A stretch of 54,021 bases of DNA from a bacterium (GCA_021785065.1 JAJYGQ010000019.1:1-54021); one strand, 5' to 3'. Shown: positions 1 to 8,399, counted from the stretch's first letter. Translations and numbers: made by a program. The notes: generated by a model from the letters alone, not told the origin.

Positions 1-127
1 CCTTCGTTTTTGATGCGATTAATGATCTGCTCCTTCACTTCAGGAGCTATGCGTTGTTTTTTCATATGCTTGTATATTAGGTTGCTAAGTATACAAGATT
101 GGCGTCAAAAATTCGGGGTCCGGGCCA
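1..127 (-). mobile_element. Left end of an IS3-family insertion sequence (IRL plus start of OrfA), running off the window
   Basis: Terminal repeat on the minus strand reads TGGCCCGGACCCCGAATTTTTGACGCC (127-101). ATG at 65 gives MKKQRIAPEVKEQIINRIKNEG..., resembling the N-terminus of an HTH OrfA. Confidence 0.7.
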
Positions 128-299
128 CTTCAGAACGCTCGGGGAATTGGTGCTGGCTATTTACCAGCAGATCTGGCGGTACAACAACACCAGAATTCAC
201 TCCGTATTGAAAATGCCGCCGGTGCAGTTTGCGCTCTCTGCGGCGGCGGGGTACAATTCAACTAACAAGGTTGGTGTCTAACAAACGGGGTCCAGTACA
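128..299 (+). mobile_element. Right-end remnant of an IS3-family element (integrase-core C-terminus plus IRR)
   Basis: 129-281 encodes FRTLGELVLAIYQQIWRYNNTRIHSVLKMPP (YNxxRxHS-L motif of IS3 OrfB). Terminal repeat 273-299 ends ...GGGGTCCAGTACA and is 19/27 identical to 101-127. Confidence 0.75.
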
Positions 300-300
300 A

Positions 301-1287
301 CTATTTATGAGACTTGAGATTTTTTTGGACAATTTCAATAATCTTTTCAGGTGCTAATTCAGAGCTTTTTCCTTGAGGGCTTCCAATAATTGTCGGGGAA
401 CCACCCCAACCTTTTTCCAATTTTTCTAATTCATTTTTTACAGCAACCAAATCAACCCAGGACCCATCATACTGACAAATTGTATACTTTTTATATGCTT
501 CACCCGGATTTTGTTTGAATAGTGGATTAAACACAATCACAACCGGAGCCTGAGAGTATCCGAGGGATGTGCCAGCGCGGTGTGAACTTTCTACGTAGGC
601 AATATTCTCATCGGCGACGACCCGTATCTTTATATCACCTTTTTCAAGGGCTGTTACCATATCTGCTCGTTGAGCTTCTACTTTTTCTCGATAACCTCTA
701 GGTTCAGTTCCAGTAACTAGATATTCTTCCATAGATGTTATTCGATCAGTTAAGGGTACTTGGAAATCTATCACCCGAGCGGCGATACCGGCAAGTGATT
801 TGCTTTCAGAAGTGCTTCTTGATTCAGGCTATAGATTTTCTTTACTTGGTAAATTTGTTTTACCTGGCCATCTACCTCGAGCAAATGTATCTGCTGTCGC
901 GATCTTTTGAATACGGGCAGTCATTTCTGGTGTCACTCCGCCACCACTTGCTCGATATCTTATGAGAGCCATTGCTCCAAGTGCGTCGAGATCCGCTCGG
1001 ACGGTAATGATGGAAGCTTCGCTTGGCGGAACATCGAGTGTCTGAGCAATTTCAATGGCGGCAAGATCAACATTTCCGTCTGAATGTTGAGGATCAATGT
1101 TTCCAAGGGTGCACCTTTCCGCATAGGCAGGAATGGTCACCTCGATCCCAAGTATTCCATGAGGATTCTCAAAGAGTTTTTCGTTTGCCGCTTTTGCGTC
1201 AGGGGTGGGACGAGGATCAATTAATCCATAGTGATAATCTTTAAATTGATTGCGTGATTCTAAATTCATTTTTGCTAATTGTTCCAT
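301..1287 (-). pseudogene. Hypothetical ~328-codon gene interrupted by a single in-frame TAG (829-831)
   Basis: ORFs 829-1287 and 301-774 share a frame, and the 18 codons between them are open (ENL*PESRSTSESKSLAGIAARVIDFQ). NIDPQH and DLDALGA motifs hint at a DHH/MYG1-like fold. Confidence 0.65.
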
Positions 1288-1350
1288 AGTGTTTTTATTA
1301 TATCATTAAGAGTGCTATACTTTAATAAAGTATTAATCAACTCATAAATC

Positions 1351-1785
1351 ATGACAAATTTTAATGAGCAACCATCAACGCAATTTGAAAATGGGGGAGA
1401 AGATGAATTAACAGGTAAAACTCCATCTGGACCAAGTTTACGCTTAGTTAAAAATGAAGATGACGCACCACTTCCCGCAACTACTGGTGTAACTCCCGAA
1501 CAAAGAAAATTATACGAGGAAGCCCATAGAATCTTTGGGGAGGGCGCTCACCGACCCGACGCTCCCGGACAGCCGGTAAGACGTGGTAGTATGGATAATT
1601 TACAAAGAGCAAAATTGAGAAATCGGATGGCTAGCCACGCTATTGAGCTAGCTTCTATATTGCCGCCCAAACTTAGAGACGTTTTTTTAAAAAGGCATGG
1701 TATTGATCCAAAATCACCAGACATTTCTAAAGCAACAGGCGGTTTGCGTTTAACCTCTGATGAGGAAGATGTGACGGAAAATTAA
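1351..1785 (+). CDS. Hypothetical protein (144 aa, hydrophilic)
   Basis: ATG ORF with AT-rich upstream region; no recognisable motif. Confidence 0.65.
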   Translation: MTNFNEQPSTQFENGGEDELTGKTPSGPSLRLVKNEDDAPLPATTGVTPEQRKLYEEAHRIFGEGAHRPDAPGQPVRRGSMDNLQRAKLRNRMASHAIELASILPPKLRDVFLKRHGIDPKSPDISKATGGLRLTSDEEDVTEN

Positions 1786-1874
1786 GTTACATTTAATTAC
1801 AAGATATTTTATTTTGTATATATAATCTATAAATTTCCTCCTCACAATGCCTGTGGGTTTCTCTGGTAATTAAT

Positions 1875-1903
1875 AAAAAACCTCGGAACACAATTGTCCG
1901 AGG
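1875..1903 (-). terminator. Intrinsic terminator of the 1944-2405 gene
   Basis: CCTCGGA/TCCGAGG stem followed by T6 on the minus strand; a second hairpin TTGAGAAT/ATTCTCAA lies at 1906-1931. Confidence 0.7.
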
Positions 1904-1943
1904 GGTTGAGAATTTTAAGGAAGATTCTCAAAACTTCTGTGAG

Positions 1944-2405
1944 CTATAAGCATACAGCGGGTTTGCTTATGTCCCACTCACACTCGCCGTCCACTGGACG
2001 GTAATTCCACTGCCACCTTGATCGCCAGTACAGGTAACGCACATACCTGGTTTCTTCCAAGTCGCGGTAGATTGTCCCCCAGAAAAACAGTCGCTGAGGA
2101 TTATCATACCTATCCTTTTTCCACGCCTCGGGAATGAGGCAGGGGTTCCTCAAGAGGTAGTCGAGAACATTAGCGTTCAGGACCAGTTTACCCCGCAACT
2201 TCCTAAGAAGTCGCTCTCCGGTTATGACGCCAACCTCTCTCTGCTCAATTGTTAATCGGAATTTTATTTTCCGACCATTGAGATAGAGGTTGTCACCATT
2301 GCGCTCAATCTTGGAAGCTTTCGCACCACCGCGGTGGTGTTGAACACTCCAACCGTTAGGGAGTAGGGGATCGGCAGCAAGGTCGACACATTTTTTGTTG
2401 CTCAT
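1944..2405 (-). CDS. Hypothetical Trp/Tyr-rich protein (LNANVLDYLL...FFWGTIYR...YLYW type)
   Basis: ATG at 2405 preceded by an AAAGGA SD; 153 aa; aromatic-rich C-terminus. Confidence 0.8.
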   Translation of the reverse strand: MSNKKCVDLAADPLLPNGWSVQHHRGGAKASKIERNGDNLYLNGRKIKFRLTIEQREVGVITGERLLRKLRGKLVLNANVLDYLLRNPCLIPEAWKKDRYDNPQRLFFWGTIYRDLEETRYVRYLYWRSRWQWNYRPVDGECEWDISKPAVCL

Positions 2406-2440
2406 AACTATTTCCTTTGCATATGATAGAAAGAACATTT

Positions 2441-2489
2441 CTGTTTCGAGCTTTTACTCTCATCAGGTAGAGTACACACTCTACGACAG
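2441..2489 (-). ncRNA. Type III hammerhead ribozyme
   Basis: Minus strand reads CUG-UC^GUAGAGU-gugu-ACUCUAC-CUGAUGA-GAGU-aaaa-GCUC-GAAA-CAG: all conserved core nucleotides, three pairing stems and a GUC cleavage triplet. Confidence 0.9.
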
Positions 2490-2522
2490 GGGGGTTTGAA
2501 AAGACCCCCAACTTTTTGCTCA

Positions 2523-2687
2523 TTAGCGACGGATCCAGTGATCCCTCATATTTTTCTGGAACCGGATTTCGTTCTGCCAACGACGTGCCAGAGCTGCCTG
2601 GTCAAAGACCAGCTCTGCCACGAGTGATATCCGGCAATCTGCCGGCACCACTCGCCATAATTCCACAAACATTTTCCAATAACTCAC
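2523..2687 (-). CDS. Candidate 54-aa small protein (alternatively a structured RNA)
   Basis: GTG at 2687, 7 nt after an AAGGAG SD (2695-2700) and downstream of a consensus promoter: MSYWKMFVELWRVVPADCRISLVAELVFDQAALARRWQNEIRFQKNMRDHWIRR. Confidence 0.45.
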   Translation of the reverse strand: MSYWKMFVELWRVVPADCRISLVAELVFDQAALARRWQNEIRFQKNMRDHWIRR

Positions 2688-2757
2688 GACTACACTCCTT
2701 GTAAAGGACTTATTTCTAAAGGTAATGCACACGCTATTCTTTAAGAAATTTGATTTA

Positions 2758-2787
2758 ATTATAACAAATATATATATAACTTGTCAA
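2758..2787 (-). promoter_or_regulatory. Consensus sigma70 promoter
   Basis: TTGACA-18 nt-TATAAT on the minus strand, immediately 3' of tRNA-Asn. Confidence 0.8.
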
Positions 2788-2794
2788 TTTTTTG

Positions 2795-2866
2795 CTCCCC
2801 CGGCAGGATTCGAACCTGCGACCAATCGCTTAACAGGCGACTGCTCTACCGCTGAGCTACAGGGGA
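2795..2866 (-). tRNA. tRNA-Asn (GTT)
   Basis: Cloverleaf: TCCCCTG/CGGGGGA acceptor stem, AGCTCAGCGGTAGAGC D-arm, CTGTTAA anticodon loop, GGTTCGAATCC T-arm; CCA not encoded. Confidence 0.97.
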
Positions 2867-2992
2867 ATGTTGTATGTAACCGGCCAAAAACGGCGGACAT
2901 TGCCGCGTGTTGCCGGACTGGCGAGTATCATAGCAGAAAAAATTGCCTGAGAAAAGAGGCACATCGTGGAAATTTTGGTATAATTTATAGAT

Positions 2993-3361
2993 ATGAAAAT
3001 AAATATTCGAACAGTAGGAGTGGAGTTGAGCGCAGATGTTGAGGGCTATATTCATAAAAAGCTTAGTCATTTGGAGCGCTTTGGCCACATGCTTGGTCAG
3101 GATGCGGCGCTGCATCTTATTTTATCAAAAACAACAGATCACCATCGCAGCGGTGATGAAGCATTTTCAGCAGAAATTCAGTTGCACGCAATGGGGCGAG
3201 TGATAAGTGCAAAATCTTTTGGTCAAAGTATCCAGGCGGCCATCGACGGTCTCAAAGATGAACTTTCTAAGATGGTAACGGGTGCAGCTGACAAAGAGCG
3301 AACACTCGCGCGACGGGGGGCAGCAATTGTTAAAAATTTTCTGCGCCGAAATAAAAATTAG
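2993..3361 (+). CDS. hpf: Ribosome hibernation factor HPF/RaiA
   Basis: MKINIRTVGVELSADVEGYIHKKL...AAIDGLKDEL pattern of the S30AE family; TGgTATAAT upstream. Confidence 0.85.
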   Translation: MKINIRTVGVELSADVEGYIHKKLSHLERFGHMLGQDAALHLILSKTTDHHRSGDEAFSAEIQLHAMGRVISAKSFGQSIQAAIDGLKDELSKMVTGAADKERTLARRGAAIVKNFLRRNKN

Positions 3362-3379
3362 GCGGCGAAGCAGATTGAA

Positions 3380-4171
3380 TTAGAGGTAGCCTTTAGCGAA
3401 ATCGCGCCAATCCATTTCTTGTTTACCTTCAGGAACGACACGTTCAAGTATGAGTGTGTCGTTTTCGTATCGAGCGGCAGTGATGACGATGCGTTGACGG
3501 CGGCCCTTACGCTCAATAAAAAAGTGGGCTTTGGGCCAGCGCGCGAATGCTTGGATTTTGAGAAAATTTTGATACGGGTTGCCGGCGAGATTTTTGGTGG
3601 CAGGGTCAAAGGAGAGGTGGCCGTCGGCCAACGTGATTTTTTTGGTGAAGGTGGCAGCGCTATGGTCTTGGGTCGTCGAAGAAATTTTTCCAGCACACCA
3701 GTTGGGTAAAATTTCAGCGAGTAGTTTACCGCCAGCAGCGCCGAGGATTTTTTCTAGATCATCGTAGCGGGGTGGCCACGGGGAAAGAGCAATTTCTTTT
3801 TGGGCTACAACGGGACCGTGATCGAGCTCGGCATCCATCTCCATAATACTTACGCCATTATGTTGTTCATCAGCAAGAATGGCTGATTGAATAGGGGAGG
3901 GGCCGCGATATTTTGGCAAGAGTGAAGGGTGGACATTAAGTGAACCGTGTTTGGGTAGAGCGAGTATTTCAGCGGGAATAATTTTGCCAAATGAGGCAAC
4001 AATGAATACATCCCAACCGCCGGCCGGCGCGCGTTGGCGCAGCGCTGCTACGTCGAGTGGCGCACGAGCATCATTTACAATGAGCTGCGGCGCGAGTTTT
4101 GCTGCAACGAGCTCGCGTAAAACGCTGGCTGAAAAAGGCGAGCTGCCAAAAAATACAAAAGAAATGCTCAT
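3380..4171 (-). CDS. fmt: Methionyl-tRNA formyltransferase
   Basis: NVHPSLLPKYRGPSPIQ and LDHGP motifs; coupled to def. Confidence 0.93.
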   Translation of the reverse strand: MSISFVFFGSSPFSASVLRELVAAKLAPQLIVNDARAPLDVAALRQRAPAGGWDVFIVASFGKIIPAEILALPKHGSLNVHPSLLPKYRGPSPIQSAILADEQHNGVSIMEMDAELDHGPVVAQKEIALSPWPPRYDDLEKILGAAGGKLLAEILPNWCAGKISSTTQDHSAATFTKKITLADGHLSFDPATKNLAGNPYQNFLKIQAFARWPKAHFFIERKGRRQRIVITAARYENDTLILERVVPEGKQEMDWRDFAKGYL

Positions 4172-4752
4172 GAATTTTCTGCTGGCGGCTCTTCGCGTAG
4201 GTCAGTTGCCGAGTCTATAAAAAGTATGCCGTTCAGGTGGTCGGTTTCGTGCTGAAAAATTTGAGCGAGGAGACCAGAGGCGCCGCGGGTAAATGGCCGA
4301 CCTTTTTCATCAAGCGCCTTGACCGTGGCTTTTTCGGCGCGCTGCACATTACCATAGAGCCAGCGCACCGAGAGGCAACCCTCGAGCATTGTTTGTTTTT
4401 GTCGTGAGAGCTTCACTAGTTCGGGATTAATAAACACAGCATCGGGTGGAATAAGACCAGCTTCTTGGCGCCGGGTAAGTTCCTCGGTATCAATGTCGGC
4501 ATAGTCGGGAAGAAACACTTTACCAGCAACCATAAAAATACGTACTGGTTCACCAATTTGTGGTGCGGCCACTGCCACCGCGTCCTCTTGATCAGCAATA
4601 GCTTGTTTCATTCGTTTCAGAATGTTTTTGAGTTTTACCGAACCAATCGCTTTTATTGGTACCGGCTTGGCGGTTTGACGTAGCAGGGGGTCGCCCTTTT
4701 GAAGTATGGGTATAGGCGCGGCGTGGGATTTTTTTTTAGAAATAGTCGGCAT
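4168..4752 (-). CDS. def: Peptide deformylase
   Basis: AVAAPQIG, EGCLS and QHETDHLNG motifs. Confidence 0.96.
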   Translation of the reverse strand: MPTISKKKSHAAPIPILQKGDPLLRQTAKPVPIKAIGSVKLKNILKRMKQAIADQEDAVAVAAPQIGEPVRIFMVAGKVFLPDYADIDTEELTRRQEAGLIPPDAVFINPELVKLSRQKQTMLEGCLSVRWLYGNVQRAEKATVKALDEKGRPFTRGASGLLAQIFQHETDHLNGILFIDSATDLREEPPAENS

Positions 4753-4804
4753 AGAAATCTATGGGGCTTTTTGATAATAGTATGTCTAAAAACGCTTGTC
4801 TACT

Positions 4805-6736
4805 TCAGAGCAGGCTCTCCGGATCTATGTTCACTGCGAAGCGGGGCGGAAGGGCGGAAAGTTCGGCGTGGAGTTTCGCTGTGGGCCAGGTGTCGCGCGG
4901 CAAGGTAAGTAGCAGGTGCATATGGTAGCGGCCGTGAGCGTATTCTACAAATGCGGGAAATATGAGTGGTTGGTATTCGTGTAGTTGTTGCTGCAAGGTT
5001 TGCATCGCTGCTTCTACCTCATTTTGATCACCCTCGGCACTAATTTTTATAAGCGTGGTGGTGGGAGGATAGTTAAGGCGTTCGCGCTCGGCGAGTTCTT
5101 CGCGATGAAAGTCGGTAGCGTTGCCACTCGTCGCTGTTTTGAAAACTGCTTGCGTGCCGGAGCGGCTTTGAATAAGAAACTGTTTTTGGGCGATTGAACG
5201 AAGGCGAAGCAGGAGGTTAGCAATTTCTTCACCAATTCGAAAATCGGGTATGGAAAAAAGTGCATCGGCCGATGCCACGGCAACGTTTTCCAGCGGCTGA
5301 TCAAGATATGCTACGGCAAGTTCGGTGCCAACAAGAATTGCTCCTGGTGATGTGTAGAAGTGGGCAATACGCTCGCGGGCTTCACGGCGATTAGCAACCG
5401 ATGTGCTATCAAGCTTGAAAATTGTTGCTTCGGGAAAAAGAGCTTTTATGGTTTCGGTGACAAGATCAATACCAATACCAAGAGTGGTGAGATTCCAGGA
5501 GTTGCATACTGTGCACCGCTCGGCGGCATCACGGCGCTCGCCGCAACGATGGCAGAGGAAAAAGGGCTGATTAATATTCGTTTTACTGTCATTTTTTTCA
5601 TCGTGACGGTGTAGTACGATTGGTGCTCGACAGCGCGAACAGAGCACGGTTGCACCACAGTCGCCGCATACCGTCGTGGGTGCTAAGCCGCGCCGAGCAA
5701 CGAACACAAAAAGCTGTTCATTGCGCTCACGGTTTTCTTGAATAAGCGTTGCTAGTTCATCACTAAGAATACGAAATTCTGGCCGATCCAGACTTTTATA
5801 TTTTTTCATATCAACGAGACGAGCGACCGCGCTTGAGACCAGGCGAAATTTAAGTGGCACTAATTCTTGCGCCTCACGACGATTAACGCGATCGAGAGTT
5901 TCGGCGCGCAACAAAATGTCGCCGAGAACTAAGCGAATACCAAGATTTTTTGCTAGTAATTCAGCGGCTCGGCGAAGATCAATGAACGGGCGACTTTGTT
6001 GTTTGTAGGTGCCGGCGCTTTCCCGTTCAACAATAATAGTGCCCAGGTCGGCGCGCGGTAGGCAAAGAAATGTACCGGTGGCAATAATAAGGAGTGGGTG
6101 CGGTTCGTCAATAATTCGATTCCAAATAGTCGCGAGACTTTTTTTCGTTAAGCTAGAATTCGCGACAATGGTGTATTCCTCAATACCTTTGGAAAGTATT
6201 TCAAAAGCGCGTAGGCCGTCCTGGATCGTTGGTAGGCATACAAACACAGAATGCTTCCGAGCAAATTCTTCGCGAATAATACTTTTATAGTGAGCAAAAC
6301 GGTCAGCGTCATCAGCCTGTAAGACAAAGGGAGGTAGTGGCGGGTTACTATTTTTTTCTTTGGGAGAAAGTGGGGCGGGTGATTCTTTAAGTTTTGCGGC
6401 GTGCTCTAAAATTTTTGTAGGTACGAGATTGGCGAGCACGCTTCCGGTGGTGCCCACAAAATAGTGGGCGAGTTCGGCGCAGGTTTGTACAAAGGCGGGT
6501 AGAAAGAGGTGGCGGGCGGTTGGATTGTGGCCGATACTGCGCAGGGTAAACGTAGCGTTGCGCACTTCACTCTTCACGTGGCTGGCGGCCACGCTTTCTA
6601 CGACGATAGCCGGCGAAAGGTGTTTACGCACCGGCACTTTAACCACGGTGCCAATAGCTATGTTAGTAGCGCTAAAATACGACAGTGTTTCAGCTGCCAA
6701 ACCGCGCTGAATAGGAATAACGCGAACGATAAACAT
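4805..6736 (-). CDS. priA: Primosomal protein N' (PriA) with degenerate helicase motifs
   Basis: N-terminal GTVVKVP 3'-DNA-binding domain, RRG followed by four CxxC pairs, YPP C-terminal motif. Confidence 0.88.
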   Translation of the reverse strand: MFIVRVIPIQRGLAAETLSYFSATNIAIGTVVKVPVRKHLSPAIVVESVAASHVKSEVRNATFTLRSIGHNPTARHLFLPAFVQTCAELAHYFVGTTGSVLANLVPTKILEHAAKLKESPAPLSPKEKNSNPPLPPFVLQADDADRFAHYKSIIREEFARKHSVFVCLPTIQDGLRAFEILSKGIEEYTIVANSSLTKKSLATIWNRIIDEPHPLLIIATGTFLCLPRADLGTIIVERESAGTYKQQSRPFIDLRRAAELLAKNLGIRLVLGDILLRAETLDRVNRREAQELVPLKFRLVSSAVARLVDMKKYKSLDRPEFRILSDELATLIQENRERNEQLFVFVARRGLAPTTVCGDCGATVLCSRCRAPIVLHRHDEKNDSKTNINQPFFLCHRCGERRDAAERCTVCNSWNLTTLGIGIDLVTETIKALFPEATIFKLDSTSVANRREARERIAHFYTSPGAILVGTELAVAYLDQPLENVAVASADALFSIPDFRIGEEIANLLLRLRSIAQKQFLIQSRSGTQAVFKTATSGNATDFHREELAERERLNYPPTTTLIKISAEGDQNEVEAAMQTLQQQLHEYQPLIFPAFVEYAHGRYHMHLLLTLPRDTWPTAKLHAELSALPPRFAVNIDPESLL

Positions 6737-6827
6737 AAAGCGTAATACGCCTAAAATAACAGTTTTTTAGGCGGTTGTAAAACTATTATCGTATTTTGGA
6801 AATTAAAAATTGTATTGCAAAATTTAA

Positions 6828-8399
6828 TCAAAATTCGCGGAGGATGGAGATTTTTGCGCCGAGCGAATTGAGACGCTCAACAATATCTTCGTAGCCGCGG
6901 TTGATGGAGTAAATGTTGCGGAGAATTGAGGTGCCACTCGCGGCGAGCATACCAATAAGTAGGATAGCGGCGGGACGCAATGCCGGCGGACAAATTATTT
7001 CGGCGGCGCGCAGCGGTGTTGGTCCGGTGACATAGAGGCGATGGGGATCGACGAGTACAGTATCGGCGCCCAATTTTTCGATATCTTTGATATGGATGGC
7101 GCGCTTTTCATAGGGCCAGTCGTGCACGAGGGTGGTGCCGGTTGCTTGTGTGGCAATGATGGCGAAGAAGGGAAGATTGTCCATATTGAGACCGGGGTAG
7201 GGGCGACATTCTATTTTTTCTTCTAAGGCGATGAGGCGTGACGGTAGTGTTTTGAGATCAACGAGCGCGGTGCGGTTGTTGTGCGAAAGGTAGCGTTGCA
7301 GGATTTTGTAGCGGAAACCCATTTTTTCGAGTTTGAGTAATTCAAGTTCTAAAAATTCTATGGGCACGCGTCGAATGGTAATTGGCGAACGGGTGACGAT
7401 AGCGGCGGCGACAAAAAACATTGCTTCGATGGGGTCTTCGGCGAGGTGGTAGGTGATGGGTGTGTTAATTTTTTCTATACCGTGGACGGTGAGCGTGGTA
7501 GTGCCAATGCCGTCTATTTTGACGCCGCACATTTCCAAGAAAAAACAAACTTCTTGGACCATGTAATTTGCCGAGGCGTACTTGATGACGGTGATGCCGG
7601 GAATAAGCGCGGCTGCTAGCAAAGCGTTTTCAGTGGCGGTGTCACTTGATTCATAGAGCACGATTTCTGCTGGTCGTAATTTTTCGGCACGCACTTCGTA
7701 ACTTTTTTCTTTGGTGGTGATGTTGACGCCGAGTTTTTCTAGGGCAAAAAGATGCGGCTTCACGGTGCGTGAACCGAGACGACAACCACCGGGTTGGGGC
7801 AAGCTAAATTTCTTTAAGGTGTGCAACAGGGGAGCGATGAGCATTACGATACTGCGTGTTTTTTCAGCTGATGCAACATTAATAGTTTTTAGATTAAAAT
7901 GGCGCGGTGGTTTAATTTCTAAATCATTACCTGCTGTGCCGGTCCATTTTATACTGACGCCAATTGACTGGAAGACCTCAATCATGCGATTTACTTCTTC
8001 GATTTTGGGCACGCTTTTTAGCGTCGTGGTGTTTTTATTAAGAAGCGCAGCACAGAGCAATCCCATCGCCCCATTTTTTGAGGTTTTAACGACTATTTCG
8101 CCGGAAAGTTTACGGCCTCCTTCAATGCGGATGTTTAAGGCGCCATGAGTGAGCTGTAAAATATCACGATCAAGTGCTGTACTAATTTTAGCGAGCATTT
8201 CGGTGGACACGTTTTGCTCGCCCCGCTCAATGCGGGCTACGGCGCTCTGGCTGGTGCCGAGGCGCACAGCAAGATCGTCTTGGGTTAAACCGCGCGACTG
8301 GCGCAGGCGGGCAATAAAGTTGCCGATTTCTACGAGGTGGCTACGCGAGCGAGCTTGCAGGGGTACACGACGAGTAGTTGCTGTTGATGCTGGAGTCAT
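6828..8399 (-). CDS. murA: XRE-HTH fused to UDP-N-acetylglucosamine 1-carboxyvinyltransferase
   Basis: N-terminal LTQDDLAVRLGTSQSAVARIERG HTH, followed by SKNG, PGGCRLGSR and INRGYE MurA motifs. Confidence 0.92.
   Translation of the reverse strand: MTPASTATTRRVPLQARSRSHLVEIGNFIARLRQSRGLTQDDLAVRLGTSQSAVARIERGEQNVSTEMLAKISTALDRDILQLTHGALNIRIEGGRKLSGEIVVKTSKNGAMGLLCAALLNKNTTTLKSVPKIEEVNRMIEVFQSIGVSIKWTGTAGNDLEIKPPRHFNLKTINVASAEKTRSIVMLIAPLLHTLKKFSLPQPGGCRLGSRTVKPHLFALEKLGVNITTKEKSYEVRAEKLRPAEIVLYESSDTATENALLAAALIPGITVIKYASANYMVQEVCFFLEMCGVKIDGIGTTTLTVHGIEKINTPITYHLAEDPIEAMFFVAAAIVTRSPITIRRVPIEFLELELLKLEKMGFRYKILQRYLSHNNRTALVDLKTLPSRLIALEEKIECRPYPGLNMDNLPFFAIIATQATGTTLVHDWPYEKRAIHIKDIEKLGADTVLVDPHRLYVTGPTPLRAAEIICPPALRPAAILLIGMLAASGTSILRNIYSINRGYEDIVERLNSLGAKISILREF

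Noticed and set aside
829-831. Genome-wide TAG or TGA recoding
   Set aside because: Conserved genes end at TAG (greA, mraZ, rplU) and TGA (proS, nrnA) at the expected lengths.
1756-1785. CTGATGAG...GAAA resembling a second hammerhead core
   Set aside because: No stem II or III pairing; it lies in coding sequence (SDEEDVTEN).
2725-3115. ORF-track calls 2725-3042 and 2846-3115
   Set aside because: Shadow frames over tRNA-Asn and hpf.
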